From Basidiobolus meristosporus CBS 931.73 (taxonomy: Eukaryota > Fungi > Basidiobolomycota): a DNA stretch of 64,000 nt. How positions within the stretch are numbered: position 1 is the stretch's first letter; each line of letters starts with the position of its first letter. Below, one piece after another: positions 50,072 through 61,247 of the stretch. The stretch spans positions 124,001-188,000 of the forward strand of contig MCFE01000035.1 of the NCBI GenBank assembly GCA_002104905.1, written 5' to 3'. The notes under the pieces were generated by a model. That model was not told the origin of the DNA and did not search any database. It was given only the letters and a program-made list of their open reading frames with translations. Both the position numbers and the translations under genes were made by a program.

Positions 50072-52158
50072 CTACACTGCAGCAACCGTTTCTCGAGCTT
50101 GTGTAAAGAATAGCCGGGTTTCCTTGGAACTGACATTCTCGAGTTGGTATTGATTGCCTATGAAAATAAGCTCAATTAGGTTTCACCATATTACACTGGG
50201 ATTCAATCGTTCTCTGACTAACCTCTAGGCACGTGGAACTGGCCTCCTGCGGATATTACGAATCTAGTAGTATGAACGGTCACTCTGCAGGCGCCGGATA
50301 TCACAAAAAATACCTGATACAATGGGTGAGCTTATGCTTCGAATGGATCTAACTCTCCTCCAACACTTACCATGGCACTGTCGCCGGAATTCCTCTTGGG
50401 CTTCATTCCATTGCATTGTAGCTTAATGATACCTGAGGACATGAAGTCTTGCTCGCCAAATGTCTTTTCGAACTCGAATGTTTGATTCTTTACGGGCTTG
50501 GTGACGATCATATCCTTTGTTAAGCCGACAACTAAATTGACCAACTTAGAGAAGGGCCTTTACACCGTCTGATGCTAGTAAAATTACCTTGATTGACCAC
50601 TTCCTGCGTGTACCAGTCGACAATGGGGATTTCGTCGATGGGCTCGTCATTGTACTCATCTTCTTCACTTTCCTCGGCGACTATCACCCGCTTGACATTT
50701 TTCTTTTTATTGGACCTCTTGGACAGTGCCCGGTGCTCCACGGGAATTGTCACGACCTCCTTGACTACAGAAACGACATTGGGCCCTTTGCAAAGAATCA
50801 ACACAAACATTCGTGTTTGCTCTACAGCGTATGCAACCCTACCTGACTTTCGACGACCGTATACAACTCTCTCGTTTCGCCAGAAATCCAATGGCTTGAC
50901 TTTGGTTCTTCCACTTCTTCTGACACCTAGATTGATGTTTAATGAGCCGGCTGTTCTTGGGAAGAAGATGGAACGTACTCACCGATATCGTCTTCTTCGC
51001 TTAACGGGGCTCGACTCGAGGGTTTTGTTCTGACTACTGCTTTCTTTGTAGCAGGCTTGGGGGCGGCTCTGGCTTTTGGCACTATGTTGGCAGTAGGTTA
51101 GAATAATGCTTGAGAGATTCGCTGCTTAGACAGCCGATCCAGTACCTTGCCTGACGCCAGCTGACTTCGGCGGAGAAAGTCGTCTGTGTGGCTGGGACAT
51201 CTCAGAGTCACTCTCGTGCATATCCGGAACATCTTCATCAGATTCTTGGGAGATCTCGATTACTTGATGAGAGCTAGTGGCGAGGTTGGAATTGTCGAAA
51301 TCATCATCAAGGTCGAGATCTTCGTCGAACCTAGGACTCTGCTTCAATACAGAAAGGGATTCATCAGGTCCGGAGAGTACAGAGCTTTCCATTGATTGAC
51401 TCAGACGACTTGGTGTGTCGAAATCGTGGCTGGCAAACACTTGAGATAGAGGCTTGTCGTGATACGAATTGGGCGTGCTGGTGACCACCGAACGATATAA
51501 GGATGCGGATTTCTTGTTCGCAGTAATATCAGGCGATTCCATACTATCCTCGAAAATGTGGTGGGGTCTCTTTACGGAGTTGGCACTGCGATTGGCTGGC
51601 CTGGGACTTGGAGATTCATGTGGATGTTGCTTGACAAAAGATACTGGGCATACCGAGAGGAGGTTAATGTACTACCAGCGTGAAGATCATTCCATTCGAG
51701 ATATATACCTGACGATTGTTCAGAATACGCAACTCCGCTCTCTTGGGGGTAGAAAAGTCGAAACAATAATTGTTAGAACTGTGCTCAACACATGTCCACG
51801 AAATAGCCACAAACCAGCTGATAACTCCATGTCACCGGAATCCCCGAAGGTCGAGTCCAGGTCAGCTTGTTCCTCATGGGTAGTTCGACTCTGCGCGTGC
51901 ACCCTTGGAATCACTCGCTCCTCCGCCTCCTCTTCCGAACTTTCAAAGAAGTCGTCAATATTGTCCAGGCCATCTTCGTCTTGCAGGATGTTCTTTCGAA
52001 TAAGAACACCGGTCTTCCTGTCACCGAAAAAAGAAGTTCAGTCGGCAGCTCTACGTAATTTTGGAGCAAACCAAATCTGCTTACCTTCCTCGTACACCGA
52101 TGTCGGTGAAATGGTTTTCGCGCTTCTGGCGCTTCTCTCTCGGCTTGACAGAGTTCAT
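50072..52158 (-). CDS. MIF2: Inner kinetochore protein CENP-C / Mif2, multi-exon
   Basis: Mif2-N domain RENHFTDIGVRGRKTG...DGLDNIDDFF; CENP-C motif VRRSGRTKVKPLDFWRNERVVY; C-terminal cupin FEKTF..SGIIKL..KPKRNS..FHVPRGNQYQLEN. Confidence 0.9.
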
Positions 52159-52536
52159 ATTGGGTTAGCTGTAGGTGCACTTAGTCGAGGATGGTTCACT
52201 TTGGTGTTGGAAGCTGTATTTGCCGCAAGGATAAGCTCGAGCAAGAGTGTCAGTATGTTAGGTCTTAACTCGAAGTAATGGAGTTTATCAATGGAATTCA
52301 TTTCAACGTAAATAAATCATTCCATTGGTGAGATGGAAACAATAATATTGACATCGAGTGAGGCCTGATTATTTGATCTATATCGCCAGCATGATGGATA
52401 AATAATTGGCATACTTTTATTACTAATACAGGTAACATTTATACAAAGATTGGCTTGCAACTTAACCAACAAATCACAAGTGCATTCTATAACTTGGATT
52501 CTGTTGCCGGGGTATTTCGGTGACTTCCTTGCTGAA

Positions 52537-55026
52537 TCAAGCATCTCTAGCTAGTTGGAATAGGGCTGACTTGCGCTTGTTTCTACCTTTTGATTTCTGG
52601 CCTGCCAGTCGAACATTGAATTGAGGTGTTTTGGCAACCGATTTCTCGGTATCACTATCACTATCGTCAGAGCTACTGCTGTCACTGTCATCTGCTTGCT
52701 CTTCCTCCGAGGAGGAAGATGAGGCATCCATAGGTTCTGTGCGATGCTTAGAAATAGAAGGGGCCACACCACCAGCAATAGCTGAAGTTTTCGCCGCCAA
52801 ATTGCTTAGCTTCGCTGATGCGGCAATTTGCCGAAGGGAGGAGAACGCGGGGTTTTGATAAGGAGTATACATCTGTGACGCTTTTGAGATGCTCGTGTTC
52901 GGAGTTGCCACACTGGCTGGTGTTTTCTTGGGAGCTGTGTCGTCATCAGAAGAGTCATCGCTGCTAGAGCTACCATCCGAACCACTATCAGAGCTGCTTG
53001 CAACCGGCTCTGGAGTCGGTTTCCCACTATTTGATTTAGCTGGAGTAAGCACCGAGTTCGTTGGGGTCTGTTTGATCGACTCTTTGCGAACCGGAGTGCT
53101 TTGAGCAATCACTGGCGACGCAGTACCACTATTCACCCTGGTTAACGCGGGTGATTTCTTGCTGGGCATAATAACCGGGGGAACGCGTGATTGTTGTGGC
53201 TCTCTGAGGTCTCCATCTTCATCCTCATCTTCATCAGCACCAAGCAATAAACGTCCCATCATACGACCAGCCTCAACGCCAATAGCATCTCTCATTTGGA
53301 CCCCGTAGGTACTAGTATGCTTATTATCCATATGTGGGTCAGAATGCACAGGAGTAGGAGTTTGAGGAAGCATAACTGGATTCACTACTTTCATTTGAAC
53401 TTGCTCTGTAGCAGTGGTATCAGCTTTTGCTTGTGCCCCAGTCTTGTTGTTTTGCGTCTTGTCGGCAGATACAGTTTTCTTATTATTTACCTTGGTTGCT
53501 TGGGGTGAGGGTGGTGATCCAGCGCTTCCGGTTTCTTGACCTCCGGTAGCAGCAGCATTAACCACGGCTTTCTCATCAACCCTCGTCTCCGTAGCGGTGG
53601 GCACTTTGTTGACGGTAGGCTTCGGATTCACTTTTGGAGAGGCGACAGCTTCGGTTTTGGCTTTTTTCTGAAGGTTCGTGGGCTCCTTTTTTGAGTTAGG
53701 CGCCTCAGGTTTCGAGGTACCATTACTCACAGGCTGATGTGACTGCTTTTTCCCAACTTCACCTTTGGCTGGCTGTGAAGCACCAAGTAGCTTCTCGTTT
53801 CCTTTGGATGCTTCAGTAACGTTGTTTCCTGTAGTCAATTTACGTTTGTTACTCTCAGTGGGTTTTTCATTCTGTCGGGATTCCTCAGCAGTCTTGGTAC
53901 TGCCGCCCTCGACCACAGTGTCCTTTTGTCTCTGATTCGATTGTACTTGCTGTTTGGTAGTATTCGGTTTAGGCTCGTTGGCCTTCACAGCTGGAGAAAC
54001 TTGTGGTGGAGTGTTCTTCGCATTTTTACCTTTCGCTTGCGTCTCTACCTTTTGTGACGGTTGTACTGGTTGGGCTTTGTTGGTGGCAACACTTGCATTT
54101 TTCTTCTGCGTTTCCTGATTTGGTTGCTTCTTGGGTTGATCTACGATGGCAGAAGCACCACTCTTAGGTGCAGCTTTTGTTTGTGACTGCTTGTTATTTT
54201 GGGCTTCAGCCTTCTCGGTACTCTTCTTTGTTGTGGCTGGAGTGTTTTTCTGGGTTTGGGGTGTCACATTTCCAGGCTGATTCGATTTCTCCTTTGGCTC
54301 AACATTGTTCACAGCCTGCGGGCCATTGGAAATCTTTTTCGATATGGTATCATTTTGAGGGACTTTAGGAGAGTTTTCTACATCCATTGGGGTGGCCTCG
54401 GTATTTGCAGCATTCTGATTCTTCTTCTTGGCTTTCTTCTTCTTTGGTTGTGGTTCAGGTGTTTGCTTGGCCACAGTAGCATTATCGCCAACAGGACTAT
54501 TTGGATTAGGATTCGAAACGGTTTGCTTGTCTGTATTATTGATCAGAGCTGCTTCGTTTTGGGACTGTTTTCTCTTCTTCTGCTGCTCAGCGCTTGGACT
54601 TGGTTTGTTCGAAACTGGGGCAACATTGGGTCCATTCTTATTCATTGGGTTGTTAGCAAGGACTGCGTAGACAACATTGCTCTCATCAAATACTTCGGCG
54701 ACGTGGAAATCATCATCAAGCTCGCACAAGGAAGAATCGCGAAGGCGGGCGACAGTGGTACAACTAAGTAAGGGTTGAAACGCAAGTTAGAATTATTGAA
54801 GATATCCCCTACACACCCGCGATTGGCATTACCTGCTATTGGGGTACAATTTCGCGAACATATTTTCAATCTTGCGCCTTACACTCAAGAGGGAGGCGTT
54901 ACCCTCAGTGAGTAGGAGAAACCGCTTGACAGGGTTAACCGACCAATCTTTGACCAGCCTCTCCTCCTCAACATTTACGATGTTAACCTGAAGCTTGAAT
55001 CTCTTGGAAGCTTTGGCTGTAGACAT
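52537..55026 (-). CDS. Dnt1/Net1/Tof2-like nucleolar protein (Cdc14-binding N-terminal domain plus a long disordered K/N/S/D-rich region)
   Basis: KRFLLLTEGNASLLSVRRKIENMFAKLYP and RLRDSSLCELDDDFHVAEVFDESNVVYAV resemble the Net1/Dnt1 N-terminal domain. Ser/Asp tracts and a basic C-terminal tail follow. Confidence 0.72.
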
Positions 55027-55317
55027 GTTCGTACTTCCTGAAGAAATATGGGGTAAAGGCCAGAGTTTTTGCACAGCCCAACTTTTTTATTGGAGTCTGC
55101 CTGAAGGAGTTATTTTTCTTTTTCAACTTTTATCCAAGTTCAATCACGCATTCCATCAGATCATCTAGGGATTTTTTCACTCCGTCATTGCGAGTATTAA
55201 GGCTAAGAAAATCACAATACCAGATACCAAGTGTTCCCATTCCACGTTGGTGCGAATTAAACAGAATGGGATGGATTTATGTAGGATTGGCGGATTGCCG
55301 GCCGTAAAGGTGGGCTT

Positions 55318-56604
55318 CTATGAGGAGTTATCGTGGGACCCTCAGGCCTGACACAGTATATATGTACCATTGGGGTACACAATAAAGGTATAATGATTTT
55401 CTCCATTAAACGGATATCCATATTCCTTGGATTGCCACGAAACATGAGAATCCAGGAACCCCCCAAAAGTAGTGCTGTTATTTTGACACTGCTTCCGGCT
55501 TCAACAACAAATGGCACTTGTGTATTGTAGATAGATACAAATGGATCGGCTGTCCCTTTGACCTCGATCCTTGATATCATACACAGCCCTGTGAGCAACG
55601 CGTATTACACTGAAGGGGCTTCACCCATTATGCTAACCTTGAGGTACGGCAGGCAACCATGCCCAACCATTCGTAGCGTTCCAGCGCCTTCTCCTTCCAA
55701 TTCTCCACGTTTTCATTGTATAATAGTTTGTCTAAGTCAGGGATCTCAACGCCCCCCAGCATGCTTTAAGAGAATGTTGAATAGACTGTCTTGGCTTCAG
55801 AGTAATTGCAAAACTTAAGCTCTGCGCATTCGCCAGCTGGACAAAAGATTGGCGATCACTACATGAGAGCACAGGATAAAATGCGTCTATTTAGAATACC
55901 AACAGGATTGAGTGCTTGAATGAGAAAAGCGTGGGTGCCTGCGAGAGAAATGCCCAAAGCGCCATTTGATTCTCTCGTAAAATTTGTGGCCAGGTAATAT
56001 GTCAGCTTAGAGATCGACCGTTACCACTAAACACATCATTCAGTATCAATCCAAGATAATTGCAAGACAACGCATCCTACTGTAACGATATCCCATGGAT
56101 CCAAACTTGGTTAGGGTGCCGATAAGCCCAAGTTGTTCGTAGGTGTCTTTACCTAGTGCATTATGCGTGAGGGCTGTACCAGAGCATAGGTAGGGAACAC
56201 TCGATGAACCTCCAGAACTTACGGGAGAAACTTTTGACAGTTTTTATCGTTTCTAATATGGGAATGGAGAAGCTTGGGTTGAATAAAACAACTCAATCAT
56301 AACTGTGCTTCGTAGAAAACTCAGTTTTCAGAATGTCTTGTAGTAGCCCTGAACTCGCAGGCACTACGTCAGGCGCAAAAATCGTCACTTAAAGAATGAA
56401 AAATCTTGTCGAGATTCCCGTAATCGAAACTGCCATCCCAAACACTGGAGGAAGTCGAACGCCACGAAACCAACAAGAAAATTCAATTACCTCAAGATTG
56501 AATTGACGTTGCACAATAAAAGTGCTGCGACAAGATTTTGAAGAGTTGGAGTAAGTCAAGAGCAACTTTGATTTTGGTTATGGTACGGCAGGTAAACGAC
56601 TCAT
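55318..56604 (-). pseudogene. RPP40: RNase P/MRP subunit RPP40 pseudogene
   Basis: Recognisable blocks: LGKDTYEQLGLIG, YERIKW, ERYEWLGMV, ADPFVSIY and GFLDSHVSWQSKEYG..GENHYTFIVYPNG. In-frame stops at 56580, 56295, 56009 and 55344; frameshift in a G6 run at 55459-55464; internal deletion. Confidence 0.85.
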
Positions 56605-57202
56605 GTTGGCCACTGGTTCAGTGTCGACCTGGTAAACGGAAAATATATTCGTACCTATGCACGATATCACATTGAATTTTTTTTGTTGACAATCAGTCGA
56701 ATATATTGAAGATTCGGGTTAGCCTGTGACCATGTTTGAAATCAATGCATCTAGTGTGTATGCAAAGGCCAAGTGAATTTGTTGAATACGTAATAATGAA
56801 TTTGTTTACCGCTCAAATGCGGCCCGTAATCAATGTCACCAATGTTGTTTAACTTCACGATGCTCTACGCACTATTCAAGACGTTGGACTAAACACTAAC
56901 CGTATCCATCAACAATTAAGGAATTAAAAGCTACAAAAATTGATCAAATTGATTTACGGAGTCTATATTCGGTCCAAGAGCCTTTCACTAAACCACCCTT
57001 TCTATTTAACTGCTGTATTTCGCGACTTTAGAGTAAGCGTGAATCCGAATAATCTGTGGCTCATTAAAGTTCTATTTAAAACAACACCAAAACATAGGTA
57101 CTGTCTCGCTTACAAGACGATTCTTTGTTGACGAATCGTCAAACTTACATTACTGATTTTTGTCTAACACAGAGGTTATACTTGACGTCTACCCAACTTC
57201 TT

Positions 57203-59714
57203 ATGGATTCCTCAGACTCACGGCTTCCCGAATCGCCGAGTACAACCATCCATCCTCTGGAAGTATGCCACCCAAACGATGAGCATGATGTCGACGATGC
57301 ACACGGCAGTAAGAGTGCTTCGCAACACACCACAACCGATGCCCCATACACTCATACAAAACTCTCAGGCCCAACACTTTACTACAAAGGAAATCCCGAT
57401 GTTCAATACTTTGACTCGCGAGTACTGAATGATTTCTTCCCCAACCAAGACTTCACCGCTGCCGATCAATTGTTCGACGGAAACAGTTACAAAGGGATTT
57501 TTATGGAAGCAAATAGACTTTTATACATACTATACGACTGGGCTGTGGCCTTCGACAGGAGACTGAATACCTCGTTTCCAAGCTACAGCACACTAAAAGT
57601 ACTTAGTATATGGTCGGCCGTTTTCGTCATGGATGCCATCATTCCTGCGGATTTTAGAGTCGAATGGGGGCTCGCATCCTTGATGTCAGCCGTGGCGTGT
57701 GTCAAGGCCTACCAAGCATCTCCCTCGATATCACTTGCGCTCATCCTCTTTTTGCTTTTCATGGATATCATGATCTGGACTGTAGTCCATCCATTGTTAG
57801 ATAATGTGGCTCTATATGTTCTGGCAGATTCTTCGTTTTACTTGTCGATAGCCAGTAGTATTCGAGGGCTCGATTCGTTGTCTTGGCTGATATGTCTTGG
57901 GATCTTCTCGGTCGATTTATACGGAAGATCACTTGGCCCCGCAAGCGGCACTTTATTCGTTCCTATTCATGCTGTGAGCTATGGTGTGTATGTTCTCGCG
58001 GCTGAAACGCTATGTCAGATTATGGAATGGAAGAACCACCGAATATCTTCGTCTGATATTAGCGTAGAGGAGTCTTACTTGAACCAACGATCCCGTCACC
58101 AGTTCCTTCGCATCAACGGCAGTCATGAGACGGATTCCCAGAGCAACGCGGCCCATCGGACCCAAAAGTATTCACCCCTTCGGAAGCCCCGGAGAATACC
58201 CGGCACTATCCGACAACGGCACAGTGCAGCCCCGGCCCCTATCAGCGATCCAGCCTTTCTCAAAGACGCCAAAAGTGGGAAACAGTCTTCAGATTCTCTT
58301 ATACGTACCTCGCACGGAGAAGAAATCCCCAACAGTTTTGATCTATGTATTTCTAGAATCACTCCAGTCTCTGTCACTTTGTATTGGATCCTGCCTGAAA
58401 CGATCTTACATACTTTGGGTGCCTCAGGTAAGGCACACGGAGATGATCACAGTCCAGTACCTACAAAAGTATCTACATCTGTCTCGGAAGAGCCAAAAGA
58501 AAAGAGCACGGAGAGCAGTTCTTCTGGAACCTCCGAAGCGGTTGATGGCCCTAGCACTGCAAACGCCTCTATATTGCCCATAGAGGTCAGCAGTATAAAG
58601 ATCAGGGTCGACAACATGCTCTGGCAGGACGTTGATGTTAGCGTCGAAGAAGCCAACGCTACTATTCAAGGGCTCAACCCCATTACTGAATACGAAGTCA
58701 CCATCACTATCATGGGGTACAGAAGTGCAATATGCCGCTTCTGTACCTCGCCCTCGACTGGTAAGCTGATCTCAATGTCTGAGCTCGCTTCTAGTTAGCA
58801 CTATCTGACGAATTTGCGTCTTTCCACAAACAGGTATAGCGGACCATCATGTCGCCACCACAGAAGCACCCATTGTCGAGCCCAAAATAGAAACACATGC
58901 CGAGGACGAAAAGAAACCCCGGTTACCTGATGAGCCCGATCGCTACGCACTCTACCAAACGCTCACGTCCGAATTGAACTTCGAGAAGCAGCAGAAAAAG
59001 GAGGCTCTGCTATCTTTAAAGAAGTTGAAGCGTGATCTTCAGAAGTCCGAAGCACAGCTTCGTAACGAAATCGAGATTCTAAATCGCAATCTCGCCAAAT
59101 CCAACGCGATGGACGTCCGTTCCAAGTCGCGAATCCAGTTTCTTCAAGAGCATCTTCGGCAAATGGACGCTCATTCGAAATCGGTAGTCGAGGAGATCGC
59201 AGCCGTGAAGCTGGAACAGGCGGAGATACGTAACCGTATCATCAAAGCTGGTGAAGAGGCGAATGCGTGTAGACAACAACTGAAAGAAGTTGAAAAAGAA
59301 CTTCAAAAAATAAGCAACGAACACGCCAAACAATTGAAGGAGATTCAAGCCAAAAACCAGAAATTGTCTGCCACCCATAAAGAAATCAAAAGCAAGATCC
59401 AGGCAATACAAGATACAGAAATCGTGAACCTTCGGAACCAACTCTCGCGTATCGAAGGGGATATTGCTAATGCATTGACACGCCGTACCGAACTAGCAGC
59501 CCGTGAGGATGAAATCTTTGACGCAGAAAAGCGCACCATTCAAACATATGAGGCAGATTGTAGATTGCTCCGACAAGAAATAGCAGAGGCTGAGAAGCGG
59601 GTAGTGATACTTCGAGCAACTATGGAAGACGAGGTTAAGTTTGTTAACCAACTGACTATTGAATGCCAAAACCTCCACTCGGTTCAAGCAAGATCGAGAG
59701 CCGATTCACTTTGA
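57203..59714 (+). CDS. Macoilin-like multi-TM protein with an FN3-like domain and a C-terminal coiled coil, 2 exons
   Basis: TM region LKVLSIWSAVFVMD..DFRVEW...RG...HAVSYGVYVL; FN3-like TPVSVTLYW...IQGLNPITEYEVTI; intron 58761-58833; about 240 aa of heptad-rich tail. Confidence 0.75.
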
Positions 59715-61247
59715 GTCGTTTGTCATCTTGTAGATGATTTCTTTCGCTTGTACACAACAAATTGGAGCACTTAACCCATCCCCCGGTTGTTGTTTGCTTT
59801 TCAAGCTGAAAACCCGTGCATAAATTTTGTCAAATAAATTTCAACCATTCGGAAATTTTCATTCACTTGCTCTCTGAGAAAGTACCTTATCAGTATGCTG
59901 GACATCATGGACGAACTGCTACTCATACTCAAATTCGGTTCTATTTATGGCTATTCGACTACTTGTTTTAGTAGAGAGAAACGCTGGGCAGAGATCACAA
60001 ATAGGTGATTAGCACCGGTACACATGAATCCGTTCCAACTTGATCCTCTATCGACTTTCGGCCAGTCTGGTGATCTCGGCGATAGCCGAGTCCACCGACA
60101 ATCGTCGATCCAACAATTACTGGTGACGAAATTATCTGTTGGGCTATAATCCAAATCCTGTATGATTGAAGTGTAAAACAATATAAATGCATCACTTATT
60201 TCTTTCTTATTTCATTAGTTTTAAATTAAGGGTCATCGGAGAGGATTTCTAATTCTGAAGACACAGGGTGTTATATAAGGGCAGCAAAAATGCCTCAATC
60301 CATCTAGGTGTTGGTATTTCAGATGGACCCATCTAGAAATGTAAATCCCCACCTCTTGAAGGCTTAATATATTGATGCTTATTAGTCTATTTTAGTTTGA
60401 CTCATATCTGAACATACTTTAAGACCACCACTCACTTGTATTTAACACAAATCCGAGTGGTTGTGACTGATGGGCGGCAGAAACCAATAGCGTAAAGCTC
60501 TCAACTATCAACTGATGGAGAGATTAATGCTATTGGTTAGATTTCACATCAGCAAATCCTCCCAAGTTAATCAGCTGGGATCAGTGTGATCAGTTCAGAT
60601 TGGTCCTTCAGCCAGCATAATATGAATGTTCCGTTGCAACGCATGGGATTAGCGTTATGAATGCAATGAATAGAGAATAGGATGTTGTTAATATACGCAC
60701 ACTCAGCCGCGAAATGTTTATTTGCCATCAACACACCCACAGGAGAAATCAACATCAACTCTACGCGTGTCTATGCCACTTAGATGATGACCAGCCTGAA
60801 ATAAATCTAACGCTAAGACTGGAGAGCACTGATCCTTTCCAAATTAGCAGCAGCGGAGGGCATCCGCCTCTAGCAGTCTAGTTCGAGTGAATATCACTGA
60901 ATATGAAATTCAGTTAGGAAAATAAGTCAATGCCAATAAGAATTAACAATCGTTTGCGGAAATAGTCCAATCCCAAATGGAATTAAAGGGATCAATAGAA
61001 AATCTCCTTTAGCCTGATCCCTTGAACCGATTGATGTTCGATCCTCTCCTGCCAACAATGCACTTCTTATGCTTACCAATTATTTAGGCTGTGTGTAACA
61101 TCGCATCCTATATATAAAGCCGATGTTTATGGAGCAACAATCATCAATTCAATATTACTTCATAAGCTTGAGTTTTTCTGGGTTTTCGCTTTTCGTGGCG
61201 CTTCTACTCCACTAAATCCTACACTTCGCTACAACATATACACAAAG

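Noticed and set aside
51469-52278. 269-aa plus-strand ORF, and similar shadow ORFs at 54199-54771, 13048-13416 and 17699-18106
   Set aside because: Antisense shadows of real genes (MIF2, Dnt1-like, acidic protein, lipase) with low-complexity translations.
60030-60060. RIKLER / GGATCAAGTTGGAA match to the lipase C-terminus at about 17877
   Set aside because: An isolated 14-nt match with no flanking similarity, compatible with chance.
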